64,000 nucleotides of DNA from an uncultured Bdellovibrio sp. (GTDB taxonomy: Bacteria; Bdellovibrionota; Bdellovibrionia; Bdellovibrionales; Bdellovibrionaceae). A program made the position numbers and the translations under genes. Position 1 is the first letter of the stretch; each line of letters opens with the position of its first letter. The stretch is taken from assembly GCA_963932905.1 (NCBI GenBank), contig CAWVRN010000015.1:35595-99594 (forward strand), read 5' to 3'. This document shows positions 28,155 through 38,377 of the stretch, piece after piece. Below the pieces are notes generated by a model, which ran no database searches, had not been told where the DNA came from, and saw only the letters and a list, made by a program, of their open reading frames with translations.

Positions 28155-29454
28155 TACAATACAGAAACTTCTTTTGGCCGTAGGTGCTGCGATGGCCTTT
28201 ACAGCGTGTTATCCCGGAAGCACGAGCGTAGTACCAGATTACAAAGCAGAAAATGTAATCGGTATTCCGTTAAGCAAGAATTCAAAATTGCAATCATCAA
28301 CGGATGAAGATTCCGACAAGGTCGTTATCTTCGATAAAACCATTCGCAAGATTCATCATTTTGATTTGGCGTCATCGAAACATTTAGGTCTATTTGAAGT
28401 CGAGCAACCCGAAGAAGATCATTATTTAATTTACAACAGTGGATCTGATTATTTTATCGACATGAGTCGCCGACATGTTTCGATTCAGAAACTAAATGGA
28501 CAACGAAACAATACATCGGTGAAATTTGTCGGCACACCCATCAGCGCCAGCTATGATGGCAAACAAGGTTATTTGGTTGTTTACGACAGTCAGCAGTCAG
28601 TACTGATTTTTAAAATCGATGCGACCGGAAAGCTAGTGAAACAATTTGTTTCAGGCCCAGTGGTTGACACGTTAGGAACAATCCAAGCCGGTGATATCGC
28701 TGGCAATGGCAAATTAGTACTATCAATTCGCGGGAATTCGGATCCTACGACTGGAACCGTAACTGACTACATTGTGGCGGTCGATATTGAACGAACTATT
28801 GCAGATTCAAACACTCAAAAAGCGTTGGTGTTCGATACGGCCGATAAAACAGCGATGACATTAACCGAAATGAGCTGGGTGGCCCCAGTTCCCGGTTCCC
28901 CGAACCTAGTTATGATTCGCTCAAGCGGAAAAATAAGTTTAATGGATCTAACAACCAAAGCGATATCGTCCCTCCCTACAGACGACTGGGTTGTCGAAAA
29001 GTATTCCAAGATCAAAGATCCACATATCATTTTCAGAAAGAACTATGATTTCTACGCGACAGTGAATGGAAACGTAGAACGCAGAATGTTTTATGTGGAT
29101 GGCGGCGGTCTAAAAACAAAAGTTCAAACTAAGAACTTTAATTATATTTTAAATTCGCACCTGGATATCAAAAAAGACCAATGGAATGTCACAAAAGCCA
29201 ACGTGGTCAAAGAATACGACCTATACAACGCCTATAATAACGATTTCTTCCAAGGTCGATCGTTCACTCGCATTCGTCTGAATGATTTATTAAGCGTTAT
29301 TGATACACCCATCGATGATAAAGCCACAGTAGAAATCGCCGGTGATTTTATATTCAGTTTATTTCCATCGGACATGGGCAAGGCCACTACAACAGATATC
29401 GAGTCTAGCCGTACAAAGACGATCACTAATTTTAACATTAAATATATGAAATAA
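28144..29454 (+). CDS. Hypothetical lipoprotein (beta-rich)
   Basis: Lipobox AFTAC; overlaps the upstream gene. Confidence 0.75.
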   Translation: MAYNTIQKLLLAVGAAMAFTACYPGSTSVVPDYKAENVIGIPLSKNSKLQSSTDEDSDKVVIFDKTIRKIHHFDLASSKHLGLFEVEQPEEDHYLIYNSGSDYFIDMSRRHVSIQKLNGQRNNTSVKFVGTPISASYDGKQGYLVVYDSQQSVLIFKIDATGKLVKQFVSGPVVDTLGTIQAGDIAGNGKLVLSIRGNSDPTTGTVTDYIVAVDIERTIADSNTQKALVFDTADKTAMTLTEMSWVAPVPGSPNLVMIRSSGKISLMDLTTKAISSLPTDDWVVEKYSKIKDPHIIFRKNYDFYATVNGNVERRMFYVDGGGLKTKVQTKNFNYILNSHLDIKKDQWNVTKANVVKEYDLYNAYNNDFFQGRSFTRIRLNDLLSVIDTPIDDKATVEIAGDFIFSLFPSDMGKATTTDIESSRTKTITNFNIKYMK

Positions 29455-29693
29455 TTTTGATCTGCTAATCTGGACTTTCTTAATTTTATGATTTCAAACT
29501 ATCATTTAAGAAGGTCCTTTTTCCATTCAGGGGAGTCTTAACTACTGTTAAGTGTAGATTTTTGGACACCTGTCAGAAAAGGGCTGTTTTCAGCTGCGCC
29601 AAATCGAATTAATGGCTTTTTAACGTTAAGAACCCGGTATCATTTTCGCAAAATAAATAGTTAGGACCTACCATTAAGGATTGAGGTTTTTTT

Positions 29694-30065
29694 ATGAAGA
29701 CAATTTTATTTATTACCACAATGATGGCCACTAGCGTTCCCGTTTTAGCTTGTATTAGCGAAGCCCAAGTTACACGCGTTATTAAAACCGTTAAAATCGA
29801 TCCAGAAAAAAAGTCCTGCAAGGCCTTTATTGATCTTAGCCTTGAAGCGAAAAAAGGATCTTTCTTTAGCACCTTCAGCGATGAAGAAATCAAAAATTCT
29901 AAAGAGCCTCTATGTAAACTTGAACTTAACGAAATCGCCAAAGATGGCGTCGAGGTCGGCCTGACTGAAGACGGACACTGTCGCAAAGACGTTGGCGATG
30001 AACTTGATGGTGAAGTTCAAAAGACGTCGGATTCTTCACTGATTCTAAAAAATCTATCGATCTAA
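29694..30065 (+). CDS. Small secreted Cys-containing protein
   Basis: MKTILFITTMMATSVPVLAC; RBS GAGG; four Cys. Confidence 0.7.
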   Translation: MKTILFITTMMATSVPVLACISEAQVTRVIKTVKIDPEKKSCKAFIDLSLEAKKGSFFSTFSDEEIKNSKEPLCKLELNEIAKDGVEVGLTEDGHCRKDVGDELDGEVQKTSDSSLILKNLSI

Positions 30066-30075
30066 ATTGTAACTT

Positions 30076-30167
30076 TTCTTGGACCTACCGGTCCAATCTG
30101 CATGTTTGGTTCTTGGACCTACCGGTCCAATCTGGCTTGTTGGTTCTTGGACCTACCGGTCCAAGAA
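30076..30167. repeat. Three tandem palindromic units (34-bp period), REP-like
   Basis: TTCTTGGACCTACCGGTCCAA at 30076, 30110 and 30144. Confidence 0.9.
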
Positions 30168-30893
30168 CTGCGTCAGCATTTGATTGTGTTTTAATTCTTT
30201 TTCGCTGTCTTGATAGTTGGGGCAATGCTTTTCTACTAGGGACCAGAAGGCACTGGAATGGTTTAAGTGCCGCAGATGGCAGAGTTCGTGGATGATGACG
30301 TAATCGACAACTTCGGGCTTAAACAAAATTAATCGCCAGTTTAAATTGATTGAGCCTTTGGATGAACAACTACCCCAGCGGCCCTTGGGTTCACGGAAAC
30401 TCAGCTTTGATGGCATCAGGTTCATTTCTGCCGACAACACTTTCACACGTTCTGTTAAATGAGCAATTGATTCACGTTTATAAAACTGCCTTAGAACTTC
30501 GTGATGTTCTGAATAGTCCTGTGAACGGCTGATGGCACTCCATTGATTCATTGGAACGTGCAAAAGAATGTTTAACTCTGTACGCGACATGAATAATTTT
30601 TTATTTGGCGTGATGCTGACTTTTAAATTTAGATCTTTTCCCAAGAACGGAAAAATTTCTTTTTCTAACAAACGTCTCTGTGGAAATTTTTCATCCAGTT
30701 CTTTAAATTTTTCTAGATTTTTTAAAATCCAATCCTTCTTAGATAGTAAAAATTCGTAAATGATTTTTTTAGGCGTCATCAATCCTGTACGCACGATGAT
30801 TGGTTTTTGTGGTGATAAATAGATCGATAGGCTCTTACGGCGTATTTTGCGCTGTATCTGTACTGGGTTATTTTCAAAATCGAGCCATTCCAT
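30153..30893 (-). CDS. YgjP/SprT-like (DUF45, M48-like) metal-dependent hydrolase
   Basis: RWGSCS, INLNWRL, DYVIIHELCHL..NHS..FW. Confidence 0.9.
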   Translation of the reverse strand: MEWLDFENNPVQIQRKIRRKSLSIYLSPQKPIIVRTGLMTPKKIIYEFLLSKKDWILKNLEKFKELDEKFPQRRLLEKEIFPFLGKDLNLKVSITPNKKLFMSRTELNILLHVPMNQWSAISRSQDYSEHHEVLRQFYKRESIAHLTERVKVLSAEMNLMPSKLSFREPKGRWGSCSSKGSINLNWRLILFKPEVVDYVIIHELCHLRHLNHSSAFWSLVEKHCPNYQDSEKELKHNQMLTQFLDR

Positions 30894-30998
30894 TAAATCT
30901 TCCTAAAAACTGTGGTCTTAGAGATATTATAGTGTGTTTGGCAAATCTAGCCGAGATATAAATCATGACAAAGTACGTAATTAAATGTAAACGAAAAT

Positions 30999-31943
30999 AT
31001 GATCTCTTCGTTCTTTAACCTAGATCCTGAATCCGTCCTTAAAACGTGTGAAAATGCAGGTTTTCAACCAACGGGATTATTTACGCAGTTGAATTCGTAT
31101 GAAAATCGCGTCTTTGATATTCAATTAGAAGGATCAGAAAATATTATTGCTAAGTTCTATCGCCCGGAACGCTGGACCCCAGAGGCGATATTCGAAGAAC
31201 ATCGCTTTTTAAAAGAATTGAACGAGGCTGAAATTCCTTCGCTGAATCCACTGGTGCTTAAGAATAATTCGACGTTGATTGATTCCAATGGGATTTCTGT
31301 TGCGTTCTTTCCAAAGTTTCGTGGCCGTATGCCTCAGGAATTAAGCCTTGAAGACCTTAATCGCATCGGACAATTATTTGCGCGAGTGCACAACGTCGGC
31401 GCAAAATCGGTAGCACCGAATCGTCCTTACATGGACACAAGTTATTATGGCGGATGGGAAACGCTAAATAACCTAGATAACTGGGTTGTTCCTGAACTGA
31501 AAAGTCGCTATTTCCCTGCGGCCGAAGATATTTTAAATTTTATTGATGAACGTTTTGATCCCGCAGAATTTATTCGGATTCACGGTGATGCTCACAAAGG
31601 CAACATCCTACAAATGCAGCAAAGTTATTTCCTGGTCGACTTTGATGATTTTTGTAACGGCCCAGTCGTTCAAGATTTCTGGATGTTACTTAGCTACAAT
31701 GAAGAAACTTTGACGGAAGAAAAAGATGCATTTATCGCTGGCTACCAAATGTTTCGTGAATTTCCATTTCATCAATTGGATTGGATCGAAGCTTTAAGAG
31801 GCCTACGCATCATTATGTACGCAGGCTGGATTGCAAAACGCTGGGAAGATCCTTCGTTTCCAAAACTGTTCCCTGAATTTGGTAACTTTTCTTATTGGGC
31901 CGAAGAAGTTGAAGCCTTGGAAAAAATCGCCTGGAAATTATAA
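30999..31943 (+). CDS. srkA: Stress response Ser/Thr kinase SrkA/RdoA
   Basis: LNSYENRVF, AKFYRPERW, IHGDAHKGN, VDFDD, WIAKRWEDPSFP. Confidence 0.9.
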   Translation: MISSFFNLDPESVLKTCENAGFQPTGLFTQLNSYENRVFDIQLEGSENIIAKFYRPERWTPEAIFEEHRFLKELNEAEIPSLNPLVLKNNSTLIDSNGISVAFFPKFRGRMPQELSLEDLNRIGQLFARVHNVGAKSVAPNRPYMDTSYYGGWETLNNLDNWVVPELKSRYFPAAEDILNFIDERFDPAEFIRIHGDAHKGNILQMQQSYFLVDFDDFCNGPVVQDFWMLLSYNEETLTEEKDAFIAGYQMFREFPFHQLDWIEALRGLRIIMYAGWIAKRWEDPSFPKLFPEFGNFSYWAEEVEALEKIAWKL

Positions 31944-32200
31944 GTTAGGTGATTTTGTTCCAGACGGTTGAAAACCAGAAACCAACATAACAATACAGAG
32001 CAAAGTATTTTTAATTGGGCGTTTATCCTAGTTTACCCCCGAAATTCCGCAATAAGCGTTGCAAATTCACAACACTAAGGTCGAGAAAGGCAGGGACCCA
32101 TCGATCCTGTCTACGACGCGGTTTAGACAAAGGACAAATCTTACAGAGATCTGCTTTATCTGGCGGTGTTTTTATTCTATTTTGTCCACTAGAGGTAAAA

Positions 32201-33427
32201 ATGAAAAAAATCAAAGTAGCGAATCCCGTCGTAGAACTAGATGGCGATGAAATGACCCGTATTATTTGGTCATTTATTAAAAACAAATTGATCACTCCGT
32301 ATTTAGAAATCGATATTAAATATTTCGATTTAGGCATGGAATACCGAGATAAAACGAACGATCAAGTTACCGTGGATGCTGCTGAAGCGATTAAAAAATA
32401 TAATGTTGGTATCAAGTGCGCAACGATCACTCCGGATGAAGCACGCGTAAAAGAATTCAATTTGAAACAAATGTGGAAATCACCAAACGGAACTATCCGT
32501 AATATTTTGGATGGTACAGTTTTCCGTGAACCCATCTTGATGAAAAACATTCCTCGTTTAGTTCCTGGTTGGACAAAACCAATCGTAATCGGTCGTCACG
32601 CATTCGGCGATCAATATCGTGCGACTGATCTTGTGATCAAAGGCAAAGGTAAATTAACAATTACGTTTGAACCAGAAGGCGGCGAAAAACAATCTCACGA
32701 AGTTTACAATTTCAAAGGCGATGGCGTTGCGATGGCAATGTACAACACGGATGAATCTATTCGTGGTTTTGCGCGATCTTGCTTCAATATGGCTCTTGGT
32801 AAAAAATGGCCTTTATATTTCTCTTCTAAAAACACCATCATGAAAAAATACGATGGTCGTTTCAAAGATATATTCCAAGAAATCTACGAAAAAGATTTCA
32901 AAGCCTCTTTCGAAGCTGCTGGCATCACTTACGAACATCGTTTGATTGATGATATGGTTGCTAGTGCGATGAAATGGGAAGGCGGATACGTTTGGGCTTG
33001 TAAAAACTACGACGGTGACGTTCAGTCAGACACTGTGGCTCAAGGTTTCGGATCTTTGGGTTTAATGACATCTGTTTTAATTACTCCAGATGGCAAGACG
33101 ATGGAATCTGAAGCGGCACACGGAACAGTGACCCGTCACTACCGTATGCACCAACAAGGCAAACCGACTTCGACTAATCCAATCGCGTCGATCTTTGCAT
33201 GGACTCGTGGTTTAGCTCATCGTGGAAAATTAGATAACAACCAAGAGTTGATCAATTTCGCGAATACACTTGAAAGAGTGTGCGTGGAAACGGTTGAATC
33301 AGGATTGATGACTAAAGATTTAGCTGTATGTATTTACGGCGATAAAGTTCCTGCGGATAAGTATTTAAATACCGAGCCATTCTTGGAAGCGATTGACAGG
33401 AATTTGGCTAAAGCCTTGAAAATGTAA
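32201..33427 (+). CDS. icd: NADP-dependent isocitrate dehydrogenase
   Basis: [48 protein letters not shown]; true start 32201 after GAGG. Confidence 0.97.
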   Translation: MKKIKVANPVVELDGDEMTRIIWSFIKNKLITPYLEIDIKYFDLGMEYRDKTNDQVTVDAAEAIKKYNVGIKCATITPDEARVKEFNLKQMWKSPNGTIRNILDGTVFREPILMKNIPRLVPGWTKPIVIGRHAFGDQYRATDLVIKGKGKLTITFEPEGGEKQSHEVYNFKGDGVAMAMYNTDESIRGFARSCFNMALGKKWPLYFSSKNTIMKKYDGRFKDIFQEIYEKDFKASFEAAGITYEHRLIDDMVASAMKWEGGYVWACKNYDGDVQSDTVAQGFGSLGLMTSVLITPDGKTMESEAAHGTVTRHYRMHQQGKPTSTNPIASIFAWTRGLAHRGKLDNNQELINFANTLERVCVETVESGLMTKDLAVCIYGDKVPADKYLNTEPFLEAIDRNLAKALKM

Positions 33428-33444
33428 TCTGAAATGATTTGATG

Positions 33445-33472
33445 AAAGGGACGTGAAAACGTCCCTTTTTTT
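33445..33472 (+). terminator. icd intrinsic terminator
   Basis: AAAGGGACG-TGAAAA-CGTCCCTTTTTTT. Confidence 0.85.
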
Positions 33473-33496
33473 ATTTGTGGCTAAAGGAGTTTTAAA

Positions 33497-34000
33497 ATGG
33501 AACAAAAGAAACGATTTATCGACGCTCCACTGATTGTTGCTGTTTTAGTTTGTTTGGCAACGGCCGGATATTTTGGTTACAAAAAATTCTACCAAGAACA
33601 CACACCACATTCTGACATCACGGTTTCTACCGCAGAAACATCGGCTCCCCTGCCCGGAAAAGATTTAAAAGTTTTTGGTTCCACATCGATCACTCGCGCT
33701 GCACTGGATGATATATTTTCTGACTTAACGGCAGTGATGATGAGCGCACGTGCGGTCCCACAAAAGTCCGAAGACGGTGAAACGATCGAAGGATTTAAAT
33801 TATCAGATATTCAGCCCGATAGTTTGTGGACTAAATTTGGTTTTCAAAATGAAGATACGATTTTGCAATTGAATGAAGACATCATTGATTCTGCCGATGC
33901 CGCAATGAATGTTTATACGACCCTAAAATCGGCAAACAATTTTAAATTTAAAATTGTTCGCGGAAATGAAACCGGTGTGCTAGAAATCAAAGTCGATTAG
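33497..34000 (+). CDS. GspC-like PDZ domain membrane protein
   Basis: N-terminal TM segment; SARAVP..GFKLSDIQPDSLWTKFGFQNEDTI. Confidence 0.7.
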   Translation: MEQKKRFIDAPLIVAVLVCLATAGYFGYKKFYQEHTPHSDITVSTAETSAPLPGKDLKVFGSTSITRAALDDIFSDLTAVMMSARAVPQKSEDGETIEGFKLSDIQPDSLWTKFGFQNEDTILQLNEDIIDSADAAMNVYTTLKSANNFKFKIVRGNETGVLEIKVD

Positions 34001-34390
34001 GACACTAAAAATTACATACTCGAAAATTTCGATTCAATGTGCATATACTCTAGCTCGTTGAAATCGCGCTGATTTTGTTGGCCACGGATTTGACGTAGTG
34101 ATCATTTCGGTAACATTTTCGAGCTTGGCTCATGTAAATTTAACACGATATAGGATTAGACTTTGTTTTTGCTAACATAAGCAAAATCAGCATTTTAACA
34201 AGCAATTGCACTAAATTCTGTATAAAAATAAGTCGATGTGTTTTGTAAACATATTTTGATAGAACCCTTCACACGGAACAGGTTTTTAAGAATTTGTTCC
34301 TCTAGGGGTTCCATGGGTGGTTTGGGGCACTTGATCTTCACAGTTTAGATGATCAAGTGTCCTTTTTTTTTGGAATTTTCGATCCCGATT

Positions 34391-36463
34391 TTAGGCGGCG
34401 TTTTCGCCAGAGTTTTTGCTAACTAAAACTTTCTGCAATTTTTCAATACGCGATTTAATCATAGAATGATTCGAGCTTTTCAAGAAATCGGCTTCCGAAA
34501 CACAGGCGGCCAACAGGCTGTTTGTTTTAAACACGATTGGATCATGAATTTGATAGTGGCGTAGCGTTTCTTCCAAAACATACAAAGCACTGGCTTGAAA
34601 CAACAACTGATCGGAATCCAGCCAACTGATCAATGTTTTCGTGTTGGCTTTGGTAATTGATTTACGCATTTCTGCTAATAAAAAGTTGGCGCAAATACGA
34701 TTGTTGTCTTTCCAATTTAAAAGGATGGCCTGCATTTCTTTAGAATCATAACCAAAGCGACATAGGACTTCGACGGAATTCGCTACGATACGCGGTTGTG
34801 AACACAGTAGATAATTTTTAATCAAGGCTTCCCAAGGTTGTGTCCACAGGTCAGGGTGAACTAAAGAATCGGCCATTAGAATCAATGAATTTAACACAGG
34901 ATAGTCTTTGCATTTAACTGTGATCAAAGGGAAGTGGTCGGATAGGATTTGATATAACTGCGCAACAATGGGAGCGCTGCGCACGCCTAACGTTAGGTCT
35001 TTTAGGTGAGTCACCATATAGGCGACTTCGATCCATTTGTGTTCAAAAATTGATTTATTCAAAACCTGCAGTCCGCCCAAAATGTCTTGTTGGCCGCGGA
35101 AGAACGTGAGGCCTTTCATGGCTTCTTTAACATCGGTTTCATTGCCCTTGGCAAAACTAGATCGGAAGAAATCTTTCAGCGTAACGAATTCTTTGATTTC
35201 TAAAATCTCGGATTGTTCTTCAAAACCTTTTAGATCGACCATTTTAGAGGTCGGATTATTCATGAAAACCATAGCGGATTCCATGCCGTTCTTTTTGATG
35301 ACTAAAGTATTTTCTGATTTATCGCTGACACAACCAAGCATGCGAACGGATTCAATCAAAGGAACGCCAGCAAAAGCATAACCATTGTTTAGCTGAACAA
35401 AACGAAGCGATCCATAGGAAATCGAAGCTTTCAATAAAAAGCGATGTTTATAATCGGCTTGAATTTTTAGATCCAGTTCTTGCGCCCATTCGAAAATAGC
35501 GCGCACACAGAACAAAGCCGCCAAAGGATCTTTGTTTTTTAAAACAAACACGATCTCATCACCGATGATTTGATAAATTTCGCCGTCAAAGCGTTTGATT
35601 AAGTCGTTGGTAACGGAAAAATATTCATTAAGAACGGTAACGATGTGTTCTTCTTTTTTCTCCAAAAAAATTTGGGTGTAGCCATTTAAATCAATACGAA
35701 CGACGGCCGATGGAATTTGAGTTAAATGAGGCGTGCCTTTGTCGATCTCGGAATGGATGGCTCGTCCAACGGTATTCTGCAGATGATGAATCATATTGGA
35801 TTTTTCAGAATTCATCTGATCCAGAGTGTAGGTAGAATCGATCAAAGTCTGAGCTTCTTTAGAACGCGCTTTGATTTTAGTAAAGTCCCCGCCTTTGGCG
35901 CCTTTCTGAAGCATGCGATCTAATAATAGGAAGTCTTTCATCACAAGGTAGACAAGAAGGCCTAGGAAAGTGGTGATGATGATGACGTCTTTGATAAAGG
36001 CGAACAGATTATTCTTTTGTGCTTTCCAAAAATAGCCCCAGAAATCGGTAGAAAAACCAACGCTGACAATATTGTCACCAATTTTAATCGGTTTAACGAT
36101 TTGGTCAGTATATTTAAGTGGAGCTCCGTAGGAAGCAATTCGACGATCATGAGTTTTTTCGCATCCAGAAGTTCCATTAGGAGAATATTCGTATAAAGTA
36201 GCCTCTTTATCTTGGATGCAATAGTAGTTGATAAGGTCAATTTTAACAGCGCCATCAAGATGGTCTTTAAGGGCATCAATATTACCGGTCAATACTAGAG
36301 TCTGAGCCACTGACAGCAGATGTTCGACTTGTTGAAGGTGATAGTTATCGTTTTCATTTTTTCTATCGGACGTTGTGTACAGAGTCTGTGCGAAGGAGAG
36401 GACGATGTAACTGACCCAGAAGACGGCGATTATAATTAATAAAAACGATTTCTTTTTCATCAT
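34391..36463 (-). CDS. Membrane class III nucleotidyl cyclase-like protein with helical C-terminal domain
   Basis: Two TM segments; VRIDLNGYT and YQIIGDEIV metal-binding motifs. Confidence 0.7.
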   Translation of the reverse strand: MMKKKSFLLIIIAVFWVSYIVLSFAQTLYTTSDRKNENDNYHLQQVEHLLSVAQTLVLTGNIDALKDHLDGAVKIDLINYYCIQDKEATLYEYSPNGTSGCEKTHDRRIASYGAPLKYTDQIVKPIKIGDNIVSVGFSTDFWGYFWKAQKNNLFAFIKDVIIITTFLGLLVYLVMKDFLLLDRMLQKGAKGGDFTKIKARSKEAQTLIDSTYTLDQMNSEKSNMIHHLQNTVGRAIHSEIDKGTPHLTQIPSAVVRIDLNGYTQIFLEKKEEHIVTVLNEYFSVTNDLIKRFDGEIYQIIGDEIVFVLKNKDPLAALFCVRAIFEWAQELDLKIQADYKHRFLLKASISYGSLRFVQLNNGYAFAGVPLIESVRMLGCVSDKSENTLVIKKNGMESAMVFMNNPTSKMVDLKGFEEQSEILEIKEFVTLKDFFRSSFAKGNETDVKEAMKGLTFFRGQQDILGGLQVLNKSIFEHKWIEVAYMVTHLKDLTLGVRSAPIVAQLYQILSDHFPLITVKCKDYPVLNSLILMADSLVHPDLWTQPWEALIKNYLLCSQPRIVANSVEVLCRFGYDSKEMQAILLNWKDNNRICANFLLAEMRKSITKANTKTLISWLDSDQLLFQASALYVLEETLRHYQIHDPIVFKTNSLLAACVSEADFLKSSNHSMIKSRIEKLQKVLVSKNSGENAA

Positions 36464-36493
36464 GTACTAGCCCATCCCCCGAAAAAACTTAAC

Positions 36494-38308
36494 CTAATTT
36501 TTCTTGCCTATATTTAACTTAGTGAACTTAATACCGTCATCACTGAATACATATTTTGCTTTTGTCATCGATTCACCCGAAACATCACCACTTTGATTAA
36601 CAACGCGGATTCCTTTTGCGGCCAGTAATTTGCTAGTCGCATCTGAATATAGAAGATTGCGTAAATCAGCGATATTAGAGGCTTCTTTTTTAAAGAAAGT
36701 TTCAATTTTAGCCGGTGTAGTTAATTCCGTGATTTTCTGTTGAACAGCGGCAAGCGCAGCAGAAGAAACGGCTTCGGTATTGGCAGCACCAGAAGCAACA
36801 TTGGCAGCCGCTTTACCAGGACCACCACCAGCAGACCGTGAACTAGAAAGGCTGATAGGACGAGGACCACCTACAGGAGCGACTTCGTCAGTATTATTAG
36901 CAGTAGACCTCTGAAGACCAGCGGCTTTAGAAGCTTTGTTAGAATCTCCGTCGATATTGTTAGCAATAGCGCCACCAGAAGAACCGGCAGCGGCAACAAG
37001 CGCATCGGGATCAACAGACGCCCTTGAATCAGAAGAAGGAAGTTTACGGCTAACAGTAACGACACCGGATGCATCTGTGTTGATTTTAGGTGAATTACTA
37101 CGACCAATCACACTGGTACGCCCCGATGAAGACACAGAACTAGCCATGTTAGAGAGTTTTTCATAAACAGGAGCAAACGCCTGCCCAGCTTGCATTGCAG
37201 CGCTAGCAGAAATAGTACGAACGGCACCCGTTGCGATGTTACCCTCAGACGGAGCCACACCTTGAGCCGTGCCTGATCCTGGAACCGCTTGATCAACTTG
37301 AGCTAGGGCTGGAGTTAAACCGATCGGTTTACCGACTTGTGAAGTCATCACTTCGGGCATAGGCTTGCTTTCCAGGGGAACCGTGTCGGCTTTGGCTAGG
37401 GCTGCGCCGTTTTGCTCCGCATCTCTTGCGTTGGAGAATCTGTCGGAGTGAGTTCCTTTTTCAATATCGACGCAGCTAATTGTTTTATCTGATAAACTTA
37501 ACTTAGACTCCTCAACAATAGCACAAATAACATTATTTATGTTTAGTTTGTCCTTTTCATAAAAAATGTCACTTTGTGGGCCACAGACTAACCCTTTTAG
37601 TTGCTCTGAAGAATCCATCTTGCTTAACATCGTTTTTTTAAACTCTAGGAGTGCTGGAATTTTTTTCATTACCTCGGCATCCAAATTACCAGTTGTAACT
37701 TGTCCACTAGGCTTTACACAACTATACAAAAATGAAGTCCTATCTAAGATGGGAGCATCCAGAACCTTTGCAAAAACGGAAATTCTATTCTTTAAAGATT
37801 GGGTTGCGATAGTAGACATTACATTGCAATTATTTTTATTAAATTCTACTTCAGAAACAACTGCACCTGAAAAAGCACCAATATCTTGGATAGACGCTCC
37901 TAAGCCTCCGCTGCATCGACCCGTACCTCCAAAATCATTAATTAATTTTACTTTGGCACTATCGTAAAGGCTTTGATATCTCTTGCATACGTTGCCATCC
38001 ATTTTACAAAGTTTTTTTGAACCATCACATTCAGTTTTCACAAGGTCAGAATTTGAAAATAGATTCAATGAATTAAACTGATCATCTGTAATTTCAAAAC
38101 TTGAACTTTTTAATTTCTCTCTGATATTTACTTTGCAAACTGTTGAGTTTTTTATTGCGCATTGAATATTCACAACTTCGTTGTTACATTTGAATGAATA
38201 TTTTCTCTGCTCGACATCTTTTGATAAAAGTGTGCATGTCGACTCCGCGAATGCGGCAAACCCAGAAAACAAAACTAAAATCTGAAGCACTATTTTAATA
38301 TGGTTCAT
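36494..38308 (-). CDS. Secreted Cys-rich protein with Ala/Ser/Gly-rich C-terminal half
   Basis: Signal peptide ending FAAFA; many Cys in the N-terminal half. Confidence 0.75.
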   Translation of the reverse strand: MNHIKIVLQILVLFSGFAAFAESTCTLLSKDVEQRKYSFKCNNEVVNIQCAIKNSTVCKVNIREKLKSSSFEITDDQFNSLNLFSNSDLVKTECDGSKKLCKMDGNVCKRYQSLYDSAKVKLINDFGGTGRCSGGLGASIQDIGAFSGAVVSEVEFNKNNCNVMSTIATQSLKNRISVFAKVLDAPILDRTSFLYSCVKPSGQVTTGNLDAEVMKKIPALLEFKKTMLSKMDSSEQLKGLVCGPQSDIFYEKDKLNINNVICAIVEESKLSLSDKTISCVDIEKGTHSDRFSNARDAEQNGAALAKADTVPLESKPMPEVMTSQVGKPIGLTPALAQVDQAVPGSGTAQGVAPSEGNIATGAVRTISASAAMQAGQAFAPVYEKLSNMASSVSSSGRTSVIGRSNSPKINTDASGVVTVSRKLPSSDSRASVDPDALVAAAGSSGGAIANNIDGDSNKASKAAGLQRSTANNTDEVAPVGGPRPISLSSSRSAGGGPGKAAANVASGAANTEAVSSAALAAVQQKITELTTPAKIETFFKKEASNIADLRNLLYSDATSKLLAAKGIRVVNQSGDVSGESMTKAKYVFSDDGIKFTKLNIGKKN

Positions 38309-38377
38309 CCCAATAAATTATTCGGACAAACATGGTAAATACTTAAGCTTATTGGGTATTTTTAAAAACTTTTCTTT

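Noticed and set aside
30076..30167. CRISPR array
   Set aside because: Only three units, 13-nt near-identical linkers rather than unique spacers, and no cas genes.
32015..32200. 62-aa N-terminal extension of Icd from the ORF track
   Set aside because: The recognisable Icd sequence and the RBS both indicate the start at 32201.
33497..34000. Type II secretion gene cluster
   Set aside because: Only an isolated GspC-like PDZ gene; no other gsp genes nearby.
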